From NCBI GenBank assembly GCA_963827655.1, contig CAWHCF010000032.1, positions 62,519 to 126,518 of the forward strand: a stretch of 64,000 nt of DNA, given 5' to 3'. Positions 1 to 10,669 of this stretch are shown here, in pieces. The DNA comes from an uncultured Acidobacteriota bacterium. Lineage in GTDB: Bacteria > Acidobacteriota > UBA6911. The position numbers and the translations under genes were made by a program. The notes beneath the pieces were generated by a model. That model had not been told where the DNA came from, made no database searches, and saw only the letters and a program-made list of their open reading frames with translations. Within the stretch, counting starts at the first letter, position 1. Each line of letters starts with the position of its first letter.

Positions 1-364
1 AGGCGGTGCGCGGGCTCAGAAGCCGCTTCTGCCGCGCCACCGCGACCACTGCCGCCACGCGCTCGGCTTCGGCGCGGGCCACGTCGCGGCCGAATGAGGT
101 TAGCCGGTAATAACGCCGCCGCTCGTCGTCCAGGGCACGAGCCGGCCGGCGGCCGGATTCTTCGATCAGTCCATCGGCCAGCAGGCGCTTGACGATCCCG
201 TAGAGCGTTCCGGTGCTGAGCCGGACTTTGCCGTCCGTCAGATGCTCGACCTCCTTGATGACCGCGTAGCCGTGTTTTTCGCCATCCACCAGCGCCAGCA
301 GGGTATGGAACATTGCCGGGGTGAGCGGCAGGAGAATGTGCGGGTCGCGCCTTGCCGTTGTCAT
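1..364 (-). CDS. PadR-family transcriptional regulator (runs off the window edge; not in ORF track)
   Basis: Manual translation from ATG at 364: MTTARRDPHILLPLTPAMFHTLLALVDGEKHGYAVIKEVEHLTDGKVRLSTGTLYGIVKRLLADGLI...DDERRRYYRLT, with PadR wHTH motifs HGY, GTLY and RRYY; AGGAGG RBS upstream. Confidence 0.9.
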   Translation of the reverse strand, partial: MTTARRDPHILLPLTPAMFHTLLALVDGEKHGYAVIKEVEHLTDGKVRLSTGTLYGIVKRLLADGLIEESGRRPARALDDERRRYYRLTSFGRDVARAEAERVAAVVAVARQKRLLSPRTA

Positions 365-420
365 TGTTGCCTCCTGAACCGGGCCCATTGAGTCGCGCGG
401 CGAGCCTCTATCGCGAGTCA

Positions 421-449
421 CAATACATCGCGTCACGACTTATTGTCAA
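421..449 (-). promoter_or_regulatory. Putative sigma70 promoter of PadR gene with overlapping palindrome
   Basis: Minus strand TTGACA-N18-TATTGT; spacer contains the imperfect palindrome TAAGTCG-TGACG-CGATGTA. Confidence 0.5.
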
Positions 450-613
450 GATCACCGGTTGCCCGCGGGTTTGGAGGGGCGGGAAGCGCTCGCTGGACAA
501 GCCGGCGGGCTGTGCAAGCCCCGTCAAGCTCGGCAGAGCCGCGTAGGTAACAGGGCCTAAGGCCCGGCAGGGAATAGCCCCGCCCTCACGATACGTAACT
601 ACCATCATTACCG

Positions 614-1685
614 TCACCGCTGCCGGGATTCTTCCAGCAGCGCCGCCAGATGCTGCTGCCAGAGCTGGGGCCAGGAATGGGTGCCGTGACCGCGCGTCTG
701 ATCGCTGATGGGGATCAGGACGAACCGCCCGCGCGTTCACTCGTTTGATTTCCCGCTCGACAATACCCAATTCGGGCGGATTGACCTGATCGTCGGCGGA
801 ATTGATGGCCACGAGCGGGGCCTGAATCTTCTCCAGGTTCGGCGCCGGATCGTAGTCGCGCGATGCGTCAAAGTAGTAGAGCATGTCGTTGGCATCGGTT
901 CGCGCCAGCTGCGCGCGCACCTGGTCGTCAAACAACCGGTCCGCCGCCAGGCGCGTCGGCGCCTGCTTCTGCAGTTGCAGCGGGCTGCTGGTCATGAAGG
1001 TCAAGGCATAGACGGCCGCGGTGAGACCTCGCGGCTGCGTCTGGTATTCCCCGTTGTTCCATTCCGGATCGTCGCGGATGGAATCGAGGATCATCCGCCG
1101 AATCATCCGGTTTCGGCCCGAGATCTGAATGGGCAGGCAGGCCAAGGGCATGAGGGCATCCATGAACTCAGGATACTTTTGACCCCAGAGCCATGTGTGC
1201 ATACCGCCCATCGAAGTGCCCATCACCAACCTCAGATGATTGACGCCGAGCCCTTCGGTCAAAAGCCGGTGCTGCGCCACGACCATGTCGTTGTAGTTGT
1301 AGTGGGGAAACCGGGCGCGAAGGCCGTCGCTGGGCTTGCTCGACTGGCCGTGCCCAACGTTGTCGGGAAGGATGATGAAGTGCCTGGCCGCGTCCAGGAG
1401 CTGCCCGGGACCAAAGAGGACACCGCCAAACTGCGCGGAGAGAAAGCCGCGTCCGCTGCCCCCGGTGCCGTGGAGGATCAGTACTGCATTCCGCACTACC
1501 CCTCCCGCATCCCGGCGCGGCGTCCCGAGCGTGCGGTAATGAAGCTTCAATTCGGGCAGTTCCTCACCGCTCTCAAAGCGAAAGCCGCGAATTGTGAAAT
1601 CTCCTTCGACGGGAATTGGCTCCTGCGGCGCGGTGGCGAAGGCGCGCGCGCTCAGCAGAACTAACAGCGACACCAGTGTTTTCAT
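614..1685 (-). CDS. Exported alpha/beta hydrolase, homoserine O-acetyltransferase (MetX)-like; apparent +1 frameshift near 737
   Basis: Signal peptide MKTLVSLLVLL; LILHGTGGSG; nucleophile elbow GTSMGG; the C-terminus with catalytic His (RGRFVLIPISDQTRGHGTHSWPQLWQQHLAALLEESRQR*) is in another frame ending at 614. Confidence 0.8.
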
Positions 1686-1797
1686 GATCGAATACCCACG
1701 CTCAGTTACCATTTTTGGCACTCATTGTTGGATGAACCGTTCCCCGCGAATCGCAGGCCTAACAGAATTTGCTCATCAGGGTATTGCGAAGCCTCCT

Positions 1798-1908
1798 GTG
1801 GCGGCGGGTCATCAGACCCGTCGCAAGTAACGTAATGCGGGAGGATTTAGCTTTAAAAGTTCATTTGTGCCACTGGGGGGCCGGACGGGCTTGATAGCCC
1901 GTCCGCAC
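1798..1908. repeat. REP-like hairpin doublet (REPIN-like)
   Basis: GTGGCGGCGGGTC-ATCA-GACCCGTCGC on plus and GTGCGGACGGGCT-ATCA-AGCCCGTCCG on minus: same ATCA loop and GTG foot, inverted relative to each other. Confidence 0.55.
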
Positions 1909-2164
1909 ATGTATCGAGTCGTCTTGCGACAGCCTCTGATGACCCGCGCCACAGACTCAATTCTTCCACAGCTTGTGAGGTCGAAGAACAACAAACGCAG
2001 ACCCTGAGCGCCGTGGGCGCGCCTTCGCCTCCCGGAACAACGGGGTCGCGCTATCATTCGCTCTGGGCTCAATCCAAGATGCATGTAAGATTCAGATGCT
2101 AGTATCGAGATGTTTCAATGACAAGCCTTAGCTCGGACTTTGACTCGACGTTGTCGAAAGGGAG

Positions 2165-2623
2165 GTGCGCATGCGCTCAATGGCGAAGGCGGCGGCGAAC
2201 AGCCGAATCGTCTGGATGTCGATCGGATTCGGATTGGCCCTGACTCTGGGGCTGATAGCCCAGTCGGTCACGGAAGGAACGCGGTACATCAGCAGCGGCG
2301 GCACGCAGCTCCGCCTGTTGCTCGATGCGGCCAGCCTCGGCGGGACAGAAGTTGAACTGGGCGAGATAACTTTCCCTCCCGGCACTAACACGGAAGAGCA
2401 TGTTCACGGCGCGGTTGAAATCTTCTACGTCTTGTCGGGAGAGCTCGAGCATGAGGTCAACGGCAAGACCCATGTACTGAAGCAGGGGATGGCCGGTTTT
2501 GTCCGTCCTCCTGATAAGGTGCGCCATCGCGTTCGTGCGGACAGTCCCGCGAAGGCGCTCGTTATCTGGGCTCCGGGCGGCGAAGCAGCCCGTATCACGA
2601 GCCGGTGGCGCCGCGCAGAATGA
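2165..2623 (+). CDS. Cupin domain protein with N-terminal signal/TM segment
   Basis: Cupin motifs EEHVHGAVEIFYVLSGELE and GMAGFVRPPDKVRH. Confidence 0.85.
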   Translation: MRMRSMAKAAANSRIVWMSIGFGLALTLGLIAQSVTEGTRYISSGGTQLRLLLDAASLGGTEVELGEITFPPGTNTEEHVHGAVEIFYVLSGELEHEVNGKTHVLKQGMAGFVRPPDKVRHRVRADSPAKALVIWAPGGEAARITSRWRRAE

Positions 2624-2960
2624 CGCTTTGCGGCTGCTCGAGGCGGTTTGGACGGACTCGCGGGCCGTCGTTCTGAAAGCCGTCTCTATTGCTTTGCAAT
2701 GATCAGGTCTTTGATCTTGTCGTGGGTGGCCTGAGAAATGACCTTCCTGCCGGTCGGGTCGCCTTGCGCCTGTAGGGGCGGTGCTTGATGATCGCATCGG
2801 CATACGCCGTAAAAACCTTTGCGCTCTAAGGCACCGCCGCGATAAAAAGGCGTATAACCATTTGCAGCGGGAGAATCGGAATTCTGGCCGCTACCCGTCC
2901 GCGGCTGCCTCGGGTGGCGCCCAACCGCTTGCTGTTCAAAAACCCGGAGGAAGTCCTTTG

Positions 2961-5900
2961 ATGCTTAAACGGTCGCTTCACGCCGCGCTTCTGGCTGCGG
3001 CAGTCGTCACTGCGCCGGGCCTCGCCTCGGCCCAGACCAAGCTGCTGCACTTTCCCGACATCCACGGCGACAAGGCCGTCTTTACCTACGGCGGCGATTT
3101 GTGGATTGCTCCCGCCTCAGGCGGGACCGCGATCCGATTGACCGCTCATCCCGGGGTTGAGGTCTTCGGCAGGTTTTCGCCTGACGGAAAGTGGATCGCT
3201 TTCACCGGGCAATACGACGGCGACGAGCAGGTCTACGTCATACCCGCGACCGGGGGTGAGCCGAAGCAGCTCACGTTCTACCCGGCGCGCGGTCCGCTTA
3301 CGCCGCGCTGGGGTTATGACAATCAGGTGTACGGATGGACCAACGACGGCAAGGCCGTCATCTTTCGCTCGCTGCGAGATTCGTGGGCGCTGCCGATCGC
3401 GCGGCTTTACACCGTGGCCGCAACCGGTGGCCCGGCCGAGCCCCTCCCGATGCCTGAAGCGGGCTCGGGCGCCTTTTCACCGGATGGCTCGAAGATCGTC
3501 TATTCGCCTCAATCGCGCGACTTCAGATCCGAGAAGCGCTACGCCGGCGGGCAGGCAAACCAGCTCTACATCTTCGATCTCAAGACGCTGGAAACGAAAC
3601 GCATCAGCGACAGCCCGCATCCCAGCCGCGACCCCATGTGGATCGGCAACACGATCTACTTCAACTCGGATCGCGACGGCCGCTTCAATCTTTACGCCTA
3701 CGATGTCGCGGGCGGCAAAACCACGCCGGTAACCCGGCACGACCCCTGGGATGTCCGGTGGCCGAGCGCCGGCCCGGACGGCCGTATTATTTACGAGCTC
3801 GACGGCGAACTTCACGTATTCGACACCAGGACCAGGAAGGACGCGGCGATCTCCATTGCCGTTCCCGACGACGGGCTGGCGCGCAGGGCGAGCCGCATTT
3901 CAGTCGTCGAATTTCATGGAGGATTTTTCACTGAGCCCGAAGGGCGAGCGGGTCCTCTTCTGTGCTCGCGGCGAGATCTTTACTGCGCCGGTCGAAAAGG
4001 GCCCGACCCGTAACCTCACGCACTCATCGGGCGCGCACGACAAGTGGCCGCGCTGGTCGCCCGATGGTTCGCGAATCGCTTTCATTTCAGACAAGAGCGG
4101 GGAAGAAGAGGTCTGGGTGGTCGCCCAGGACGGATCGACCCCTCCCGAACAGTTGACCAGCGGCGGCAAGGCGATGCGCTACGCTCCCGAGTGGGCGCCT
4201 GATGGCAAGCGCATAGCCTTCGGCGACAAGGACGGAAAGGTGCTTGTCCTGACCGTGGCCGAGCGCACGCCCATCGAGATTGTCGATTCTCCCCGGGGCC
4301 AGATTCGCGACTACGCGTGGTCGCCGCGCGGCAACCACCTGGCATTCAGCATGGCCGAACGATACCGGCTTCCGTTCGATCTACATCTGGAGCGCGGGCG
4401 ATGGCCAGCTTCGCAGAGTAACCGATGAACTGTTCAATGCCGGCAATCCGGCCTGGGACCCGCAGGGGAATTATCTCTACTACTTGAGCGACCGCGAGTA
4501 CGCGCCGCAGATTTCATCGATCGAGTTCAACTATGCGTTGAACCGATCGACCGGCATCTTTGCGCTTGCGCTGCGCCGGGACGTCAAGAGTCCCTTTCCG
4601 CCGGAGAGCGATGAGGTGACCGTGACCAAGGACGACTCGGACCCGCCCAAGGAGCCGGAGAAGAAGGAACCCGCGCCCAAGCCGGGCGCGGACCTGGCGA
4701 TCGATTTCGACGGCCTGGGCTCGCGAGTGGCCCGAGTTCCGCTCGAAGCAAGCAACTATGGCGGCCTTGCGGTGAAGAACGGGCATCTTCTGTACGGAGT
4801 CAGGCCTGCGTTCTACTACGGACGGCAAGGCGAACGGCCGCAGTCGCTGCGCATTTACGCGATCAAGGAGCGCAAGGAGACCACGCTCGCCGAAGACGTC
4901 AGCGGATTCGCGCTTTCACACGACGGCTCGAAGGTGCTGGTCGCGGGTAGGGAGAGGAGCTTCAGCATATACGAAGCCACGCCCCAGGGGGAACGGACCA
5001 AGAAGCCGGTTTCGACCGCGGGACTCGCCATTGACCGCGTGCCCGCCGAAGAATGGAACCAGATTTTCAACGAGGTATGGCGGCGTTATCGCGACTTTTT
5101 CTACGTTGCCAACATGCACGGCTACGACTGGGAGGCCTTGCGCGAGCAGTATCGTCCGCAGCTCAAGCACGTCGCACACCGTTCGGACCTGAACTACGTC
5201 ATTGCCGAGATGATCTCGGAGCTGACTGTGCAGCACGCCTACGTCGAAGGGGGTGACTTCCAGATTCCACCGCGTCCCCGCGTGGCCCTGCCCGGCGCCA
5301 GGTTCGAGCTCGATCGGAAAGCCGGCCGCTTCAAGATAAAGAAGATCTTCGAAGGACAGAACGAAGAAGAGATCTATCGCTCGCCGCTCACCGAGATCGG
5401 GGTGGATGTGGCAGCCGGCGACTATGTGCTCGCCATCAACGGCGAAGAACTGACCGCGAACGACGACCCTTATCGATTGCTCAGAAACCGCGCCGACGGT
5501 CCGGTTCAGTTGACCGTAAACAAACAGCCGGACCCGACCGGCGCGCGGACCGTGTCTTACCGGCCGATCACGGACGAAACCAGCCTGATCTATCTGGACT
5601 GGGTGAATCGCAACCGCCGGAAGGTTGCGGAGATGACCGGCGGACGCGTCGGCTACATCCATATCCCGGACATGGGAGCGGCAGGCCTGCGTGAGTTCAT
5701 CAAGTGCGTATTACGGTCAGATCACCAGGGAAGGCCTGGTCGTCGATGTGCGGGCAAACGGCGGCGGGAATGTCTCGCAAATGCTGATCGAGCGTCTGCG
5801 GCGGAAGGTGCTCGCGCTCAACTATTCCCGTAACGTGGACGAAGCGAATACCTATCCGGGCGGTGTCTTCGTCGGACCGATGGCGGCGATCCTCAACCAG

Positions 5901-6275
5901 AATTCCGCATCGGACGGCGATATCTTCCCGGCCATGTTTCGCGAAGCCGGTCTCGGGCCGCTGATCGGGAAGCGTTCGTGGGGCGGCGTCATCGGCATCG
6001 GCAATCGCGGCACGCTCATCGACGGCGGAAACATCTTCGTGCCCGAGTCAGCGTTCGCAAATGCCAGGGGAGAGTGGATCATCGAAGGTTATGGCGTCGA
6101 TCCCGACATCGAGGTCGAGAATGATCCGAAGTCCGAGATCGAAGGGCGGGACCCGCAGCTCGAACGGGCGGTCGCCGAGGTGATGAAGAAGCTGAAGGAG
6201 AAACCGGTGAAGCTGCCGCCTCGCCCGGCAGCGCCGGTGAAAACCCCTGATACCAGGATGCGCAATTCTCACTGA
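2961..6275 (+). CDS. Tricorn-like S41 protease (beta-propellers + PDZ + S41), split by three apparent frameshifts (~3905, ~4357, ~5707)
   Basis: ORFs 2781-4013, 3751-4428, 4280-5833 and 5691-6275 are consecutive parts: PD40 repeats ([10 protein letters not shown]), PDZ (GDYVLAING), [17 protein letters not shown], catalytic [15 protein letters not shown]. Confidence 0.9.
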
Positions 6276-6707
6276 GGCTGAGCAGAAGCGCTGAGCTACC
6301 AACAGTCGAGGTCGGCGGGTCATGCCTTACAATTTCACAACACCTCGTGTCGACCTTAAGCGGTCGAGAATGTATCCAACGGGATAGCCCGACTATCTGA
6401 TCGGACAGAACCCGGCCGGTCCCGAGCGCAAGAGGCCAGCGCGCGGCAATAAATCTCTATTCGAGGCCATCTCTTGTCTGGCCGGCAGTTCCGGCGAATG
6501 AGTACCCGGCTGTACGTTCGAGGCTTGCGTGCTGGCGCAGCGATTGCATTCTCCGGAGTAGCTCAACGCTTTTCAAAACTGTTGAGCCGGATTGAACCTG
6601 AGTAGAGGGTGGGGGGAGTGGCCAATTGATCGCCAGACAAATTCCACCAAACTAACACCGTCAACCCGCGAGCTCCCTCGGGCTAACGACGCCTGGGGAG
6701 GGTTTCG

Positions 6708-7781
6708 ATGCCCGGCATCTTCATCAGCTATCGGCGGGAAGACAGCGCAGGTCACGCGGGCCGCCTGTTCGACCGGCTGGGCGCGAAGTTCGGTCGTGAA
6801 CGTGTCTTCATGGATGTCAGCGCGATCGAAGTAGGCCTGGACTTCGTCGATACCATCGAGCGCGCGATCGGATCGTGCGACGTCCTGCTCGCCGTCATCG
6901 GCCGAGAGTGGGCGACCTGCAAGGACCAGTCGGGACGCCGCCGCCTCGACGATCCCAACGACTTCATCCGTCTCGAGATCGCCACCGCGTTGAGTCGCAA
7001 CGTCCGGGTTATTCCCGTCCTCGTCCAGGGCACACCGGTACCGGACGCCGACACGCTGCCGCCCGACTTGAAGCGCCTGACGCGGCGGCAAACCGCCGAA
7101 CTGCGCGACACCCGATGGGGCGCCGACGTCGACAACCTCATCGTCGCCCTGGAGCCCACGCTTGCCGTACCGCCTCACGTGCCCGCTGGCGTCCCCTCGG
7201 AACGATCGACAGGTCAACCGGCGCCAGTGTTCTCGGAATCGCCCTTTCCGTTAGATTTACAGGTTCCAAGACGATCCACGCGTCGATGGCCGCTGGCGGG
7301 AGGCGCCATCGTGCTTCTGTCTACAGCAGCACTGCTACGGTTCGGTACCGGCACCCTTGAGATCGCTTCTTCGGGCCCAACGGCGACACAAATCCCGGTT
7401 TCGGCAGCTACGCCAACGGCGGACCCGGCGCCCGGCACGGTCGTTCGGCAGGCACCCGCCACGGGGGCCGAGCTCCGCGCTGACTCGCGGCCCGTCGCGA
7501 TCGTCTTGGCTGAAAGACCCACTCCACCGGCCGACACCAGGGTCGCCGTGCCGAGGGTCGTGGGTAAGCCGCTCGACCGGGCGTTCGAGGAAATCCGCAA
7601 GGCGGGTCTCGCCATTGGCTTGCAGCAAGCCAAGTCGAAGCGGGGAGCGGCTCGATTCGAAGTCCTCAGCCAGACGCCGTCCGGTGGCACTCGAGCTGCT
7701 CGAGGGACTCGGATCGACGTCGTCTACGCCCGGCCCGCGGCCAAAGGATTCGCCCGGTGGTTCGGTCGATTGGGAGGGTGA
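6708..7781 (+). CDS. TIR domain + transmembrane segment + PASTA domain protein
   Basis: TIR_2 start IFISYRREDS...VFMDV...DFIRLEIATAL...VIPVLV; hydrophobic WPLAGGAIVLLSTAALL; Pro/Ala linker; PASTA-like VAVPRVVGKPLDRAFEEIRKAGL...VLSQTPSGGTRAARGTRIDVVY. Confidence 0.85.
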   Translation: MPGIFISYRREDSAGHAGRLFDRLGAKFGRERVFMDVSAIEVGLDFVDTIERAIGSCDVLLAVIGREWATCKDQSGRRRLDDPNDFIRLEIATALSRNVRVIPVLVQGTPVPDADTLPPDLKRLTRRQTAELRDTRWGADVDNLIVALEPTLAVPPHVPAGVPSERSTGQPAPVFSESPFPLDLQVPRRSTRRWPLAGGAIVLLSTAALLRFGTGTLEIASSGPTATQIPVSAATPTADPAPGTVVRQAPATGAELRADSRPVAIVLAERPTPPADTRVAVPRVVGKPLDRAFEEIRKAGLAIGLQQAKSKRGAARFEVLSQTPSGGTRAARGTRIDVVYARPAAKGFARWFGRLGG

Positions 7782-7908
7782 ACAAGGTCTCCTTTTCCGC
7801 ACACTTCCCCTTCAGTGCAAGAAGAGGCCGTAGTTGCTCCTGGAGTCTCCCTCCTGGGAAGGCAATTCCGACTGAGCGTGATGAGGAGCCTGAACTCCAG
7901 CGTGGATG

Positions 7909-9589
7909 TTACCAGCCCAAAGCGCACCCATCTTTGCGGGGGTCCGATCCTCCGAACAAGGCTCCGGTCCTGGGATCGATCATGATCGCCTGATAGCCGC
8001 CGAACATCCCGGGCGAGGAAACCATGCGATGGCCTTTGGCTTCCAGCCCGCGCAGCACGTCTTGCCCGATAGACGATTCCAGTGCGAGCCCGCTTTCGAA
8101 ATGCCGGAAGCGCGGCTGCTCACCCGCGCGCTGCACGTCCATTCCGTAATCGATGAGGTTGAGCAGAACCTGCACGTGGCCCTGGGTCTGCATATCGCCG
8201 CCCATAACGCCAAAAGTTACCCAGGGCTTGCCGTCGCGAAAGACCATCGCAGGCACCAGCGTGTGGAATGGGCGTTTGCCGCCTTCGAGCCGGTTGGGAT
8301 GGTTGGGGTCGAAGGAAAAGCCGGCGCCTCGATTGTGCAGCACGATGCCCGTGTCCCCGGCTACCAGGCCGGATCCGAAAGCGCTGAAGATGCTTTGAAT
8401 GAACGAAACCACGTTACGGTCCTTGTCCACGACCGTCAGGTAGACAGTGTCTTCGCCGCCCCGCGGACCCGATGTGGATTCGCCAACCGTTCGGCTTCGA
8501 TCAATCCGTTTGCGCAATCCGGCTGCGTACTCTTTCGAGAGCAGCTGAGCAAGAGGCGCCTGGTAGAAAGCCGGGTCCGCGATGTGTCGCGCGCGATCGG
8601 CGAAAGCCAGCTTTTTGGCTTCGACCAGAAGGTGCAAGTATTCGGTCGAGTTGTGGCCGAGTACACGCACGTCAAAGCCTTCCAGAAGGTTGAGCCAGAG
8701 CAGCGCGGTCAGCCCCTGGGTATTGGGCGGCATTTCATAAACCACGTTGCCGCGATAGGTAGTGCTGATGGGCTCGACCCAGTTGGAGCTGTGTTCGGCA
8801 AAATCGCCCATCGCGTGAAACCCGCCCTGACTCCTGGCAAACTTCACTATCTTTTCTGCAATCTCCCCCTGGTAGAAAACGTCGCGCCCGCCGGCGGCGA
8901 TCTTCTTGAGCGTCTCAGCCAGATTCTTGTTGGTGAAGATCTCTCCGGGGCCGGGTGGCTGACCCTTGGGCTTGAAGGTCCTGGCAAAATCGGTGTCATC
9001 GGGGAGCATTTGCACCAGCTTCCAGTCATGACGCGATGACATCCGTGACCGGGAAACCACGTTCGGCATATTCAATTGCAGGCTGCAATACCTGTGCCAG
9101 CGTCATGGTGCCGAAGCGTTCCATCAGTTTCGCCCAGCCATCCACAGCGCCCGGCACCGTGACGGCGTGAATGCCACTCTCCGGCATCCGATCGAAGCTG
9201 CGCTTTTTCAACTCATCGATGCTTGCGGCTTTGGGCGCGCGTCCGCTGGCGTTCAGGGCTTTCAGCTCTTTTTTCTTCGCATCCCATATCATCGCGAACA
9301 GATCGCCGCCGGGACTCACCATCATCGGCTCGACCACGCACAGCACCGCCGCCGCCGCCACTGCGGCATCAATCGCGTTGCCGCCCTGCTGCAAGATGCG
9401 CAGACCGGCGGCCGATGCCAGGGGCTGGCTGGTTGCGATCATCCCGTTCATCGCGCGCACGGCAGAACGGGTTCGGCCGCCGCCGGGACCGGGTTTATCA
9501 CCGACAGGTTGTTGTGATTCGACAGGAAGTGCGGACGAGAGGATCATCGAGATTGTCAAAGAGGCAAGTGTGAGTTTTGCGTCTGGCAT
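7909..9589 (-). CDS. ggt: Gamma-glutamyltransferase, apparent +1 frameshift near 9030
   Basis: GMIATSQPLAS, GGNAIDAAVA, VTVPGAVDGW, AIEYAERGFPV; nucleophile Thr in EDTVYLTVVD; GKRPFHTL, GVMGGDMQTQG, GGSDPRKDG. Confidence 0.9.
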
Positions 9590-9664
9590 CGTTTTTTATC
9601 TGATCCCATTGGCGAAGCGATCACGACACGGTAGGCTGAACCAAGGCTGCGCCGCCCACGCCGG

Positions 9665-10560
9665 CTAGCGGGGCGAAAACTTCTGGGCGCGCCAGTTCTT
9701 GATCTCGGCCACGTAAATGCTGCCGCTGCGGCCCACCGTGAGATGGTGCGCGTAATCCAATTGACCGGGCAGCCTGCCGGGTTCCGCGACCGAGCCCAGG
9801 ATCTGACCTTCAGGATTCAGCTTGAGAATCCGGTTGTTGTACCCATCGCACATGAAAATCGATTGGTCGTCGGTGATGTAGAGGCCCCAGGGCGAGCCGA
9901 CGTGCTTCCACTGATTGAGGAATTTGCCCTCGGCGTCGAAGATCTGGATGCGGCGGTTTTCGCGATCCCCCACGTAAACACGCCCCTGCTTGTCGACGGC
10001 CACCGAGTGGACCAGGTTGAATTCACCCTCGCCGGTTCCTTTCTTGCCCCAGGCCTTGAGGAACTTCCCGTCTTTGGAAAACTTCACCACCCGGGAGTTC
10101 CCGTAGCCGTCGGAGACGTAGAAATCTCCGTTAGCTGCAAACGCGATGTCGGTGGGCCGGTTGAAAGTATCCGGGGTTTCGCCGGGGAGCTCTTCCGACC
10201 GAGCACCATGCGAACGCGGCCTGCGGAATCCATCTTGACCACGAAGTGGCCGCCGTCATCGATGGCCCAGAGGTTTCCTTCAGGGTCGAAGCGGACCCCG
10301 TGCGGCCGCACAAAAACACGCTCGCCGAAAGAGCGGATCATCTTGCCATCACGATCGAATTCGATGATGGCGTGCTCGCCCCGGCTGAACACGAACACGT
10401 GCTCGTTGCGGTCCGCAGCAATACCGGGAGTCTCCTGAAGGATCCAGCCGGCAGGCAGCTGGGGCCAGTTGGGATCGACCTTGAAGTTCAGCGTGGGGAT
10501 GGACTGGGCCAGTGCGCAGGAGGCAAACATGGCAAACAGACACAACGTACGCGATCGCAT
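9665..10560 (-). CDS. Exported NHL-repeat protein (PAL-like beta-propeller), apparent frameshift near 10190
   Basis: Signal peptide; FKVDPNWPQLP, RPHGVRFDPEGNLW; second frame FNRPTDIAFAANGDFYVSDGYGNSRVVKF...HSVAVD..GRVYVGDRENRRIQIFD. Confidence 0.85.
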
Positions 10561-10669
10561 CAGATTCTCCTCAACGGGCGGTTTCGCAAGAATACCACTT
10601 TCGCCTGGAGACCCATGCAACCCCGACCGGCAATCGGACAGTATCCCGCAAACGTTAGAACGTGAGCGA

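Noticed and set aside
614-1685. Calling the hydrolase metX
   Set aside because: It has a signal peptide and no methionine-pathway context
2961-6275. Programmed frameshifting or a four-gene tricorn operon
   Set aside because: No slippery heptamers at the breaks, and the same single-base pattern affects many unrelated genes
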